64,000 nt of DNA. Origin: an uncultured delta proteobacterium (lineage in GTDB: Bacteria; Myxococcota_A; Polyangia; Palsa-1104). A program made the translations under genes and the position numbers. This document shows positions 40,348 through 53,951 of the stretch, in pieces; position 1 is the stretch's first letter; the number at the start of each line of letters is the position of its first letter. The notes beneath the pieces were generated by a model, which was not told the origin of the DNA, ran no database searches, and was given only the letters and a program-made list of their open reading frames with translations. The stretch lies in the NCBI GenBank assembly GCA_963785725.1, contig CAWAWS010000030.1, forward strand, positions 1 to 64,000, in the 5' to 3' direction.

Positions 40348-40355
40348 GGGCCCAG

Positions 40356-40601
40356 ATGAAACGCGCCATGTTCGGCCTCTTCGCGGCCTCCGCGCTGTTC
40401 GCCGGGTCGTCCGGTTGCGCTTACGTCACGTCGTCCATGCCGTCGACGACGCAGGTGACGGGCGAAGCTTGGTACACCGAGGCCACGGGCTTCTTCGGCC
40501 TGTTCTGGGGCAGCAAGGTCTTCTACTGCCCGGCGCCGACCGCAGCCGGTCCGACGACGTGCAAGGAAGCCAAGCTGGTTCCGCTGCCGGCGAAGAAGTA
40601 G
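40356..40601 (+). CDS. Tiny lipoprotein B (81 aa)
   Basis: Lipobox SSGC; FYCPAPTAAGPTTCK. Confidence 0.75.
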   Translation: MKRAMFGLFAASALFAGSSGCAYVTSSMPSTTQVTGEAWYTEATGFFGLFWGSKVFYCPAPTAAGPTTCKEAKLVPLPAKK

Positions 40602-40649
40602 CTACCGGGCGACTCTCGTCACCCGGCAGCTGCGCTCGGTCGTAAAAGA

Positions 40650-41759
<1,110 letters not shown>

Positions 41760-41841
41760 GGGTCAATTCTCCGTCGCTGAGGGTCCGCTAAATGTCATGC
41801 GAGTCGCCGCAAAGTCAATCACGCGGCGCGTTACCTTTGGG

Positions 41842-42396
41842 TTAACGACAGGCGGGAACGGTTCGAATATCCACCGACGAAACCTCGACGATGCGCTCAC
41901 CGTCGCCGAGATGAACGCCGAGGCGCAAGACGGCCATCCATTTGCCTTCGGGAGAGAAGCTGAGCTCGAGCGCGTAGACGTCGCCACCGACGGTGGAATC
42001 GGGCTTCCACACCTCGATCGGCTCTCGGCCCGTCGGTGACAACAGCGTCGCCGTGGCGCCTTTGGAGTCGCCTTTGAGCTCGACGGCGCAGCGCTGCCAC
42101 GGACCGGCGTTGGGCGGCGTTTCGTCGGGGCGGCCGCCGTTGAGCCACGAGAACAGCTTCTTCGGGCGCTCGCCGGCCAGCTCTTGCCAGCACGGTCCGA
42201 GCACGCCGGTCTGCTCGCCGCCGTCGTCGAGGCGGCGGTTGCAGTAGATGAGCTCGTTGACGTCGGACCACGTCACCCAGCCGAGCCGAAACGGCGCCCC
42301 GCTCGCCGTCTTCTGCGGCATCTTCGGCGACAGCGACGGCTTGCACGACAGCAGCGGCAAGGCCATCGCCAGCAGCAGCAGGAGTCGCGATTTCAC
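41842..42396 (-). CDS. Hypothetical lipoprotein
   Basis: GTGA overlap with the argJ stop; MKSRLLLLLAMALPLLSC lipobox. Confidence 0.75.
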   Translation of the reverse strand: MKSRLLLLLAMALPLLSCKPSLSPKMPQKTASGAPFRLGWVTWSDVNELIYCNRRLDDGGEQTGVLGPCWQELAGERPKKLFSWLNGGRPDETPPNAGPWQRCAVELKGDSKGATATLLSPTGREPIEVWKPDSTVGGDVYALELSFSPEGKWMAVLRLGVHLGDGERIVEVSSVDIRTVPACR

Positions 42397-43586
42397 GATC
42401 GATAATCGGCGTTGAGCTTGACGTAGTCGTGGCCGAGATCGCAGGTGACGTGGTGCGCCTTGCCGCGGCCACCATGCAGGTGAATGCGAATCGTGTATTC
42501 CTCGCGCTTCATGACGTCGTGGGCGCCTCTCTCGGCGTCGTCGCCGAGGCCGACCGAGCTGCGCACGATGTCGACTTCGCCGAGCGCGATGTCGATCTTG
42601 CCGTGGTCGATGTCGAGGCCGCAGTTGCCGATCGTCGACAAGATGCGGCCCCAGTTCGGATCGGCGCCGAAGAACGCCGTCTTGCACAACGGCGAATGCG
42701 CGATGGCGCGCGCGACGGTGCGCGCGTCGTCCTCCGAGGGCGCGCCTTGCACCTCGATGGTGATGACGTGCTGCGCGCCCTCGCCGTCGCGGACGATGGC
42801 GCGCGACAGCGAGTCGAGCACGGTGCGCACGGCGATGCGGAAGCGCTCGCCTTTGTCGCCGCCTTCGATGGGCTTGTTCTTGGCGGCGCCCGACGCCATC
42901 AAGAACACCGAGTCGTTGGTGGACGTGTCGCCGTCGACGGAGATGCAGTTGAAGGTCGAGTCGATCTCCTCGCGCAAGACGGTGCGCAAGAAGCGTTTGT
43001 CGACGGCGGCGTCGGTGAAGAGGAAGGCCAGCGTCGTGGCCATGTTGGGCGCGATCATGCCCGCGCCTTTGGCCACGCCGATGACGCGCGCCTCGGTCTT
43101 GCCGCCGGCGGCAAACTGCTGCAGCGCGCGCTTTTCGAAGCGATCGGTCGTCATGATGGCGTGCGCGAAGTCGTCGAGGCCGTCGGCGCGCGCGGCCGCC
43201 AAGAGCGCCGGCGTGTTCGTCGTGACGCGCTCGATGGGCAGCGGCCGCCCGATGATCCCCGTCGACGCCACGAGCACGCGCTTGGGCTTGCAGCCGACGA
43301 CCTCGGCGCACTGCGCGACCATCGCGGCGGCGTCGGCCTCGCCCTTGTCGCCGGTCGCGGCGTTGGCGTTGCCGCTGTTGACGATGATGGCGCGCGCGAC
43401 GCCGGACGCGACGTTCGCCTCCGACAGCGTCACCGGCGCGGCGCGGACTTGATTGCGCGTAAACACCGCCGCCGTCGGCACGTCCTCATCCGCGACGACG
43501 AGCCCCAAATCGGGCCGCCCATTGGACTTGATGCCGGCAACGATTCCGGCAAAGCGAAACCCAGCACACCCCGGCGCATCGGACAT
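42393..43586 (-). CDS. argJ: Ornithine acetyltransferase / N-acetylglutamate synthase
   Basis: NSGNANAATG, STGIIG, IMTTD, KGAGMIAPNMATTL, VDGDTSTND, DGEGA. Confidence 0.96.
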   Translation of the reverse strand: MSDAPGCAGFRFAGIVAGIKSNGRPDLGLVVADEDVPTAAVFTRNQVRAAPVTLSEANVASGVARAIIVNSGNANAATGDKGEADAAAMVAQCAEVVGCKPKRVLVASTGIIGRPLPIERVTTNTPALLAAARADGLDDFAHAIMTTDRFEKRALQQFAAGGKTEARVIGVAKGAGMIAPNMATTLAFLFTDAAVDKRFLRTVLREEIDSTFNCISVDGDTSTNDSVFLMASGAAKNKPIEGGDKGERFRIAVRTVLDSLSRAIVRDGEGAQHVITIEVQGAPSEDDARTVARAIAHSPLCKTAFFGADPNWGRILSTIGNCGLDIDHGKIDIALGEVDIVRSSVGLGDDAERGAHDVMKREEYTIRIHLHGGRGKAHHVTCDLGHDYVKLNADYRS

Positions 43587-43719
43587 GCCGCAGCGATAAC
43601 ATTCACCGCCCCCGCCCGCAACGCCCGCCGGCAAATCGTCACCGTCGGTTCGCCAACAGCGCGGCTAATCTCGACGGGACTAGCGATTCCGACGACCGCC
43701 CCGATGACCACCGGCTGTC

Positions 43720-43944
43720 GGTAAAACGTCGCGGGCGGTTCGAGCGCAAGGCGGAGCGAGCACCGCAGCGGAGCGGCCGCTTTGGGCCGTGAGCAGCGGA
43801 GCGCAGCGACAACGCCGCGATCGGACCGCCCGCGGCGTTTTACCAGCAAGGCGGAGCGAGGACCGCAGCGGAGCGGCCGCTTTGGGCCGTGAGCAGCGGA
43901 GCGCAGCGACAACGCCGCGATCGGACCGCCCGCGGCGTTTTACC
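43720..43944. repeat. MITE/REP-like palindromic element with a 100-bp tandem duplication
   Basis: Imperfect 24-bp terminal IRs GGTAAAACGTCGCGGGCGGTTCGA / TCGGACCGCCCGCGGCGTTTTACC; 43746-43844 repeated at 43846-43944 with one mismatch. Confidence 0.88.
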
Positions 43945-44367
43945 CTACCCGGCGATGCGCATCCAGCGGCGGACGGCAAGCCGCCGCTCCGCCACCGCCG
44001 GCCCACGCGCATACAGCTCGGCCTGATAGGCCACGCTCGCGGTCGCCAGCGACTGCAAGAGCTCCATCGCGTGGTCCAGATCGAGCATCAGGGCGCGCGC
44101 ACGAGCGGCGAAGCAGTCGTCGCGGCCGGTCAGCTTCACGGCGTCGCGCGCCAGCAGGCCGAAGCCCAGCTCGACGCGCGCATCGGTCTCGGTGAGCTCG
44201 CGGCGGCGCTGCTCGGACACGCTCGGACGCGTCGCCGGCGCCGGCGTGCGGATCGTGTGGACCCGAGCAATATGAATCTGGAGCGCCGGCTGACTCACGT
44301 TGAGAGCAAGTATCGCTCGGCGAATTCCATCGTCAACTCGCGCGTTAACGCGTGTCGGCAAGCTCAT
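43945..44367 (-). CDS. Hypothetical protein
   Basis: 140-aa ORF filling the secA-argJ gap; no motif recognised. Confidence 0.5.
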   Translation of the reverse strand: MSLPTRVNARVDDGIRRAILALNVSQPALQIHIARVHTIRTPAPATRPSVSEQRRRELTETDARVELGFGLLARDAVKLTGRDDCFAARARALMLDLDHAMELLQSLATASVAYQAELYARGPAVAERRLAVRRWMRIAG

Positions 44368-44457
44368 ACCGCGCGTAGTAGCTATTTCGAATTCAAGATC
44401 GTGACGCAGCGTACCGACGGCGTTTTTGGAGATCGCGGCGACTGACGACACAATCGA

Positions 44458-44487
44458 CAGCGGCGGCGCAAGGTTGCACCGCCGCTG
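44458..44487. terminator. Hairpin downstream of secA
   Basis: CAGCGGCGGCGCAA-GG-TTGCACCGCCGCTG. Confidence 0.5.
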
Positions 44488-44514
44488 CGCGTCAGATCAC
44501 TCGTATTCGCGGAA

Positions 44515-47653
<3,139 letters not shown>

Positions 47654-47690
47654 TTGTGTTTTTTGTCTCGGTAGTGACGAGGGTCGAAGC

Positions 47691-48047
47691 TTAGCGCGCC
47701 TGGTGCTCGGCGACCACCACAGTATGGATCCCGCCGCGTACCATGAAATCGCCTTCCACACGCATGCGTCGCGGGTTCACGGCAGCCACCAGGTCATCCA
47801 ATATGCGATTGGTCACAGCTTCATGGAAGGTGCCTTCGTCACGAAAAGACCACAAATAGAGCTTGAGCGACTTCAGCTCCACGCACTTCTCGTCGGGGAC
47901 GTAGGAAATGCGGATGGTGGCGAAGTCGGGCTGGCCGGTCTTCGGGCAGACGCAGGTGAACTCGGGACACTCGAAACGGATCTCGAAATCGCGCCCCGGC
48001 TTCGGGTTGGGGAAGGTTTCGAGGGTCTTTGACGGTTGAGACGACAT
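47691..48047 (-). CDS. queF: preQ0 (7-cyano-7-deazaguanine) reductase, type I
   Basis: [31 protein letters not shown]. Confidence 0.95.
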   Translation of the reverse strand: MSSQPSKTLETFPNPKPGRDFEIRFECPEFTCVCPKTGQPDFATIRISYVPDEKCVELKSLKLYLWSFRDEGTFHEAVTNRILDDLVAAVNPRRMRVEGDFMVRGGIHTVVVAEHQAR

Positions 48048-48104
48048 TCGGCAGGTCTTACCGCGCACACACACGCTGCGCAAGACGCGCTATAGTGCTC
48101 GGCC

Positions 48105-48482
48105 GTGCGCGACATCTACGAGGCCGCTGAGAAGCACTCCGCGACTCTCGCCATGTACGTCGAGCATTTGGCGCGCCGTCGCGGCTGGGGCGCGCGCACG
48201 TTGTCGGGCATGCTGATGGAGCCGCGCCTGATGATGATTTACGGCGCGAGCGTGATGCTGCCGGAAGGGCGCGCGGCGTCGTTCATTCCCGCGCGCATGC
48301 CGCGCGTCGACGGCGACACGTGGATGATCGACATCAAGCGCTCCGACGGCGTGTCGCGACCGGAGTGGAACGGCGGCATCAGCATCAAGCGCCACAACGG
48401 CAGCTACACGATGCTGCTCGGCTCGACGTTGCTCGACGAGCAGGCGCTGGCGAAGCTGCTCGAAGCCGTCGGCACGCCGTAA
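48105..48482 (+). CDS. Hypothetical protein
   Basis: 125-aa ORF with host-like codon bias, divergent from queF. Confidence 0.6.
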   Translation: MRDIYEAAEKHSATLAMYVEHLARRRGWGARTLSGMLMEPRLMMIYGASVMLPEGRAASFIPARMPRVDGDTWMIDIKRSDGVSRPEWNGGISIKRHNGSYTMLLGSTLLDEQALAKLLEAVGTP

Positions 48483-48554
48483 GCGCTACTGCCCGATATT
48501 CCGATCGCGAACGTAACGACGACTGCGCCACTGTCACGTGACGCGCGTCAAACG

Positions 48555-49295
48555 CTACGCGTGCAGCGGCGCCGACGCTTGATTGCGGCGGCTTTGGCGC
48601 TCTTCGCGGTCGGCCTTCAAGTGCCCCTTCTTCGCCAGCACGGCGTAGTTGGCAGCGATGAGGCCCAAGTTGAAGCCGTTCCACAGGTGCCAGGTGAGCG
48701 CGCGCGGACGGATCAGGAACGCGACGAACAGCGCCAAGCCGACGACCATGAGCCACACGGGCAGGCCGTCTTTGCGGAACTTCGGCACCTTCAACGTCGA
48801 GACCATGGCGATCGCGACGAAGAGCGTGCCGGCGGCGATGGCCCACACGCTCAAGCCGTCTCGCACGAGCACCATCGACCACAAATAGCTGGCGGCGATG
48901 GGAATGGGGCAGCCGAGGAACGTGATCTTGCCGATGGTGCTCTTGTCTTGGTTGAAGCGCGCCAGGCGAACGGCGCCGCACAACGGAAAGGCGACGGCGA
49001 TGGCGAGCCCGAGCGGCGCCGGGGTCAAGTTGCGCAGCACGGCCAAGTAGATCAACAGCGCCGGCGCGACGCCGAACGAGACCATGTCCGACAAGGAGTC
49101 GAGCTCCATGCCGAACTGGCTCGAGGCGTTCAGCGCGCGGGCGAGGCGACCGTCGGCCAAGTCGCACATCGCAGCCCAAAACGCGAACACCACCGAGCGC
49201 TCGAACTGACCGTTCGCCGCCGCGACCATGCCCAACACACCGAGCGCGATGTTCCCGAGGGTCACCGCGTTCGGAATCAGGTGTTTCGCTTTCAT
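48555..49295 (-). CDS. pssA: CDP-diacylglycerol--serine O-phosphatidyltransferase
   Basis: IPNAVTLGN, DLADGRLAR...FGMELDSLSDMVSFGVAP, RLARFN. Confidence 0.9.
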   Translation of the reverse strand: MKAKHLIPNAVTLGNIALGVLGMVAAANGQFERSVVFAFWAAMCDLADGRLARALNASSQFGMELDSLSDMVSFGVAPALLIYLAVLRNLTPAPLGLAIAVAFPLCGAVRLARFNQDKSTIGKITFLGCPIPIAASYLWSMVLVRDGLSVWAIAAGTLFVAIAMVSTLKVPKFRKDGLPVWLMVVGLALFVAFLIRPRALTWHLWNGFNLGLIAANYAVLAKKGHLKADREERQSRRNQASAPLHA

Positions 49296-49333
49296 TGTGT
49301 GGCATGCTATCGCAATTCTCTCGCAGGTGAAGT

Positions 49334-51400
49334 GTGAAGATCGCGCTCGTCTACCCGCCTTCGGTCGACCCTACCGCTCCCTATTTGGCCGTTCCCATGC
49401 TCACGGCTTTCTTGCGGCAGGAAGGCGTCGCCGTCGTTCCCATCGACGCCAACGTCGAAGCCTACGATCGGCTGCTGCAGCCGGCGCCGCTGGCGACGCT
49501 GGCCGAGCGCGTGCGCGACAAGCTGGCGGCATTCGACGCGCGTCCGTCGCTCGATCATCCGTCGCGGCGCGAGTATTTGCAGCTGTGGCGCGCCCGCGGT
49601 GACGCCGAGGCCGCGCCCGCCGGAATCGCCGAGGCGCGCGCGATCCTCAAAGACGAAGCGCGCTTCTTCGACGCCGACGCTTACGAAGCGGCCGTCGAGA
49701 CCATCGAATCGTCGCTGCGGCTGATTTCGGCGGCCTACGCGCCGCTCGATCTGACCTTCTCCGGCTATCGCACGCCGTTTGCGCTGACGACGCCGGACGA
49801 GATCGCGCATGACGCGTCCGCCGAGCGCGATCCGTTCGACGACTACGTGGTCAACGTGCTCGTGCCGCGTTTGCAGGCGGAGAAGGTCGACGCCATCGGC
49901 ATCAGCGTCTGCTTCCCCGGTCAGCTGCAGCCGGCCTATGCGTTCGGCCTCAAGCTCAAACGCTTACTGCCGCACGTGCATTTGACGTGCGGCGGGCCTG
50001 GCATCACGCAGCTCTTGATTCGGCTCAAAGGTCACGACTTGGCGCGCGCGCTCGGCCCATTCGACTCGGCCGTCGTGTTCGAAGGCGAGCACTCGCTGTT
50101 GAATTTGTGCCGCGCCCTCGACGAGAAGCGCCCGCTGCGCGGCCTGCCCAACGTCGTGCACCGCGATCTGCTGTTGGGCGCGAAATACGCCTCCGGCGAA
50201 GGCGCCGAGGATCTGCGCATTCTGCCCGCGCCCGACTTCGACGGCCTGCCGCTCGATCTCTACTTCGCGCCGCAGTTGGCGTTGCCCTACGATCCGACGC
50301 GCGGCTGCTACTGGGGCAAGTGCACCTTCTGCCACTACGGCTTGGCCGAGACGGGCACGGCGTCGTATCGCGAGCGCGGCCACGAGCGCGCCGTCGATCA
50401 CTTGCAGGCCATGCGCGAGAAGTATGGGACGCGCTGGTTCTACCTGTCGCAGGACTCGGTGGCGCCCAAGACGCTGCTCAAGATCGCGCAAGAGATCGAG
50501 CGCCGCGGGCTCGACATCAAGTGGGCGACGGACTTGAAGCCCGAGAAGTATCTGACGGCCGAGCGGGCGCGCGCGCTCAAAGCCGGCGGCGGCGTCGCCT
50601 GCGCGCTCGGCGTCGAGTCGGCCAACCCGCGCGTGCTCGAGATGATCGACAAAGGCGCGCCGGTCTCGACGGTGCGCGAGACGATTGGGCATCTGGCCGA
50701 CGCGGGCATGGCGGTGGAGGCGATGTGCTTCACCGATTTCCCGACCGAGACCTACGCCGAAGCCATGGACACGCTGGAGTTCCTGAAGGAGCTCGAGCAG
50801 CAGGTGGCGCTCTACATCGTCGGTGAGTTCGATCTGACGCACGGCGCGCTGGTGGCGCAGACGCCCGAGCGCTTCGGCCTGCGCGAGACCTGGCAGCTCG
50901 ACGGCGATCTGCTCGGCACCGGCCTGTTCTACGAGGAGAAGCGCGTCTCCAAGCGTCCCTCCGATCTGGCGAAGCTGGAGACGGCGCTCGACCGGCTCTC
51001 CGCTGGCTGGCGCGTGCGGCGTTATCCGTGGGCCGGCTCCTTGTCGACGGCGCATTCACTCTTGCACTACGCGAAATTCGGGCCCGGCGTGTTTCGCGAC
51101 CGCGCGCCCCGGCCGCACGTGGCGCCGCTGGGCGCGAAGCCGGCGATCGCCGAAGCCGCGTTCGATCTCGCCGAAGTCGCCGCCAGCGATCGCGACGAGT
51201 TGGCCATCTGGCATCAGCTCGTGCGTCAACAGCGGCATGTCTCGCGCGCGGCCTACACGGCGTTGGCGCGCGCGCTGCCGTCGCTGATGCCGAAATCGCG
51301 CCATTACCGCTTCGTCGCCGGGCAGCCGCCGTCGCCGGCGCGCGCGGCCGCCAAAGCCAAAGGGCGCCGACCGCCCAACGCCTCCAACGCCGCGGGATGA
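49334..51400 (+). CDS. Cobalamin-binding radical SAM protein
   Basis: PYLAVPML N-terminus, GISV, GGP, FEGE, RGCYWGKCTFC (CxxxCxxC), GVESAN. Confidence 0.9.
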   Translation: MKIALVYPPSVDPTAPYLAVPMLTAFLRQEGVAVVPIDANVEAYDRLLQPAPLATLAERVRDKLAAFDARPSLDHPSRREYLQLWRARGDAEAAPAGIAEARAILKDEARFFDADAYEAAVETIESSLRLISAAYAPLDLTFSGYRTPFALTTPDEIAHDASAERDPFDDYVVNVLVPRLQAEKVDAIGISVCFPGQLQPAYAFGLKLKRLLPHVHLTCGGPGITQLLIRLKGHDLARALGPFDSAVVFEGEHSLLNLCRALDEKRPLRGLPNVVHRDLLLGAKYASGEGAEDLRILPAPDFDGLPLDLYFAPQLALPYDPTRGCYWGKCTFCHYGLAETGTASYRERGHERAVDHLQAMREKYGTRWFYLSQDSVAPKTLLKIAQEIERRGLDIKWATDLKPEKYLTAERARALKAGGGVACALGVESANPRVLEMIDKGAPVSTVRETIGHLADAGMAVEAMCFTDFPTETYAEAMDTLEFLKELEQQVALYIVGEFDLTHGALVAQTPERFGLRETWQLDGDLLGTGLFYEEKRVSKRPSDLAKLETALDRLSAGWRVRRYPWAGSLSTAHSLLHYAKFGPGVFRDRAPRPHVAPLGAKPAIAEAAFDLAEVAASDRDELAIWHQLVRQQRHVSRAAYTALARALPSLMPKSRHYRFVAGQPPSPARAAAKAKGRRPPNASNAAG

Positions 51401-52185
51401 CCGTCGGCTACGCGTCTCGCCTAGCCGTCAGCTTCTGCCTCCTCATCCAATTCGGTACCGCTCTCGCCGTCGAAGGGCCGAGCGACGAGCACGCCTTGCC
51501 GTGCCGTCCGACCATCGCCTGCACCGCCGATCTCGTGCCGCCGGGCGACTTCGAGATCGAGGCCGGCTACTTGTTGCGCCGCTTTCGCGACACGACGCTG
51601 CAGCATTCGACGCCGCTGCTCCTCAAGCTGACGCTGGCGACGTGGGTGCAGCTGCAAGTCGGCAGCAACGGCGGCGTCTTCGCGTCGGGCCCGGCGCCGG
51701 TGAAGTATCTCGACGACATCATCGTCGGCCTCAAGCTGCACCTCATCGACCAAGAGAAGCGCTTTCCGTCGCTGTCGTTCTCGGCGGCGCTGAGCATTCC
51801 CACGCCCGCGCAGCCGCAAGCGCTGCGCACCTACGACCTCGAGATGATCGCCTACGTCACCAAAGACATCTCGAAGCTGCACGCCGATCTGAACTTGGGG
51901 CTCAACATTTGGCAGCTGAACGCGCCGCTGATTCAGATCTGGGCGGCGCTGGCGCTGTCGGTCGAGCTGCCGCGGCACACGTGCGTGATGGCCGAGGGCT
52001 ACGTCTTCGGCGACGCCGGGCCGATCGCGCCGCGCGACGCCGGCCTGCTCGTGGCCGCTTGCTGGTCGCCGCGCTCGTTCGCCACGTTCGACGCCGGCGT
52101 CGACGTCGGCCTCGGCGCCGCGCGCCTGGTCAGCGCCTTCGTGGGCATGACGATCATCCCCGTCCGCTTTTGGCATCCACGATAA
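51397..52185 (+). CDS. Putative outer-membrane beta-barrel (transporter/porin-like)
   Basis: ATGA overlap; signal peptide; CRPTIACTADLVPPG.FEIEAGY; alternating beta strands. Confidence 0.65.
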   Translation: MTVGYASRLAVSFCLLIQFGTALAVEGPSDEHALPCRPTIACTADLVPPGDFEIEAGYLLRRFRDTTLQHSTPLLLKLTLATWVQLQVGSNGGVFASGPAPVKYLDDIIVGLKLHLIDQEKRFPSLSFSAALSIPTPAQPQALRTYDLEMIAYVTKDISKLHADLNLGLNIWQLNAPLIQIWAALALSVELPRHTCVMAEGYVFGDAGPIAPRDAGLLVAACWSPRSFATFDAGVDVGLGAARLVSAFVGMTIIPVRFWHPR

Positions 52186-52224
52186 ACCGTATTTTTGGCG
52201 CGGTTGTTGTAGTGGCTTCCATCG

Positions 52225-53322
52225 ATGGCCAAACGTCTGAAGCTGGCGCTCGATCCGGTGCAGGCTGCGGAATCGGCGGGGTTGCGTTGGGTGTGCGACG
52301 ATCGTCCGGGCTTGACGCGGCATCGTCGAGGCAAAAGCTTTCGCTATCGCGATCCCAACGCGCGACCCATTCGTGACGAAGCCGAGCTCGCGCGCATCCG
52401 CAAGCTGGCGATCCCGCCGGCGTGGACCGCGGTGTGGATCTGCCCTTACGCAGACGGCCACATTCAAGCGACCGGTCGCGACGCGCGCGGCCGCAAGCAG
52501 TATCGCTATCACACGCAATGGCGCGAAAAGCGCGACGAGACGAAGTACGAAAAGCTCGTCGTCTTCGGCGGCCTCTTGCCGAAGCTGCGCGCGCGCGTCG
52601 ACCAGGATTTGTCGCGGTCGGGTCTGCCGCGCGAAAAAGTGTTGGCGACGGTGGTGCGCCTCTTGGAGACGACGCTCATTCGCGTCGGCAACGAAGAATA
52701 TGCGCGCGACAACGCGTCCTACGGCCTGACGACGATGCGCGCGCGGCACGTCGACGTCGACGGCGAGCACGTGCGCTTCGAGTTTCGCGGCAAGAGCGGC
52801 GTGCAGCATTCGGTGGCCGTGCGCGATCGGCGGCTGGCGAAGATCGTGCGCCGCTGCCAAGAGCTGCCCGGCCAAGAGCTGTTCCAATGCATCGATCGTG
52901 AAGGCCGTCGCCACGTCATCGACTCGTCGGACGTCAACGCCTACCTGAAGGAAATCAGCGGCGAAGACGTCTCGGCCAAAGACTTTCGGACTTGGAATGG
53001 CACCGTCTTGGCCGCGGCCGGATTGCGCGCGGCCATGACCGAAGCCGGCCCGCATCGACGGACGAAGAGGACGGTCAACGACTGCATCGAGCGCGTCGCC
53101 CGGCAGCTCGGCAACACGAAGGCCGTGTGCCGTCGCTGTTACGTCTCGCCCGCGGTCATCGACGCCTACTTCGACGGCTCGCTGGCGCGCGCCTTTCTGC
53201 GCACGACGAGCGCCAAGCCGAAAGCGGGGCTCTCGTCCGACGAGCACGCGGTCTTGAAGCTCCTACAGTCGCGCACCTTGCGGCCCCCGGTCGCAGCGAC
53301 GGCGGCGAGCTTGGCGGCCTGA
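52225..53322 (+). CDS. DNA topoisomerase IB (bacterial, poxvirus-like)
   Basis: IPPAW..VWIC, GRDARGRKQYRY, IRVGNEEY, F.GKSG, KDFRTW, GNT.AVCRRCYV. Confidence 0.95.
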   Translation: MAKRLKLALDPVQAAESAGLRWVCDDRPGLTRHRRGKSFRYRDPNARPIRDEAELARIRKLAIPPAWTAVWICPYADGHIQATGRDARGRKQYRYHTQWREKRDETKYEKLVVFGGLLPKLRARVDQDLSRSGLPREKVLATVVRLLETTLIRVGNEEYARDNASYGLTTMRARHVDVDGEHVRFEFRGKSGVQHSVAVRDRRLAKIVRRCQELPGQELFQCIDREGRRHVIDSSDVNAYLKEISGEDVSAKDFRTWNGTVLAAAGLRAAMTEAGPHRRTKRTVNDCIERVARQLGNTKAVCRRCYVSPAVIDAYFDGSLARAFLRTTSAKPKAGLSSDEHAVLKLLQSRTLRPPVAATAASLAA

Positions 53323-53350
53323 CGACGCGAGGCCGAGTATACTCGATCAC

Positions 53351-53947
53351 GTGCTGACCGGGCTCTTGCTGGCCGCTTGTACGGCGATGTTCGTGTCGCG
53401 GCAATGGCCGCGCGCGCGCCCGACGTACGACTTGGCCCGCGTCTACTTGCTGCTCGACGCCGAGCGCGCCAACGAGGCGCTCGACGAGCTCGACGCGCTC
53501 GGCCGGAGGAAGCTCGACCCGCAGCAGCTCATCGAGTGGCTGAACTTGCGCGTCGTGGCGCTGGGTATCGCCGGTCGCTGTGACGAGGCGCTGGAAGTGG
53601 CCGAAGGGCTCGAGTCGCTCGACGAAGGCGACGGCAGCCTGCGCCTCGTCGTGCTCGGCAATCGCGCCATCGCGCTCGTGCATGCCGATCGCTTCACCGA
53701 GGCCGAGCCGCTGCTCGACGAGACCGAGACGCTGGCCAACGCGCAGCGCTCGGCCGGCCACGCGGCGCTCGCCGACGTCAACGCGTCCGAGACGTGGTGG
53801 TGGCGCGCCGAGATCGCGCGCCGGCGCGGCGACGAGGGCGAGCGGCGGCGCTGTCTCGAGCGCGCGGCGTCGTTCGGCGGCGTGCGCTTCGCCGAGCGGG
53901 CACGCCGCGCGTTGGGCGCGGTGAGCAGCATTCCCGCGCTGCGCTGA
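53351..53947 (+). CDS. TPR-like helical protein
   Basis: Helical Ala/Leu repeats (LGNRAIALVHADRFTEAEPLL). Confidence 0.6.
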   Translation: MLTGLLLAACTAMFVSRQWPRARPTYDLARVYLLLDAERANEALDELDALGRRKLDPQQLIEWLNLRVVALGIAGRCDEALEVAEGLESLDEGDGSLRLVVLGNRAIALVHADRFTEAEPLLDETETLANAQRSAGHAALADVNASETWWWRAEIARRRGDEGERRRCLERAASFGGVRFAERARRALGAVSSIPALR

Positions 53948-53951
53948 ACGC

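Noticed and set aside
43720..43944. Possible CRISPR array
   Set aside because: Only two ~100-bp copies, no spacers and no cas genes.
48048..48104. preQ1 riboswitch upstream of queF
   Set aside because: The 57-bp divergent gap shows no recognisable preQ1 aptamer or A-rich tail.
52196..52213. sigma54-like TGGCGCG-N4-TTGT before the topoisomerase IB gene
   Set aside because: The -12 dinucleotide is GT instead of GC; too weak to call.
52225..53322. Integrase or prophage marker
   Set aside because: The motifs match TopIB, and no att sites or phage genes are visible.
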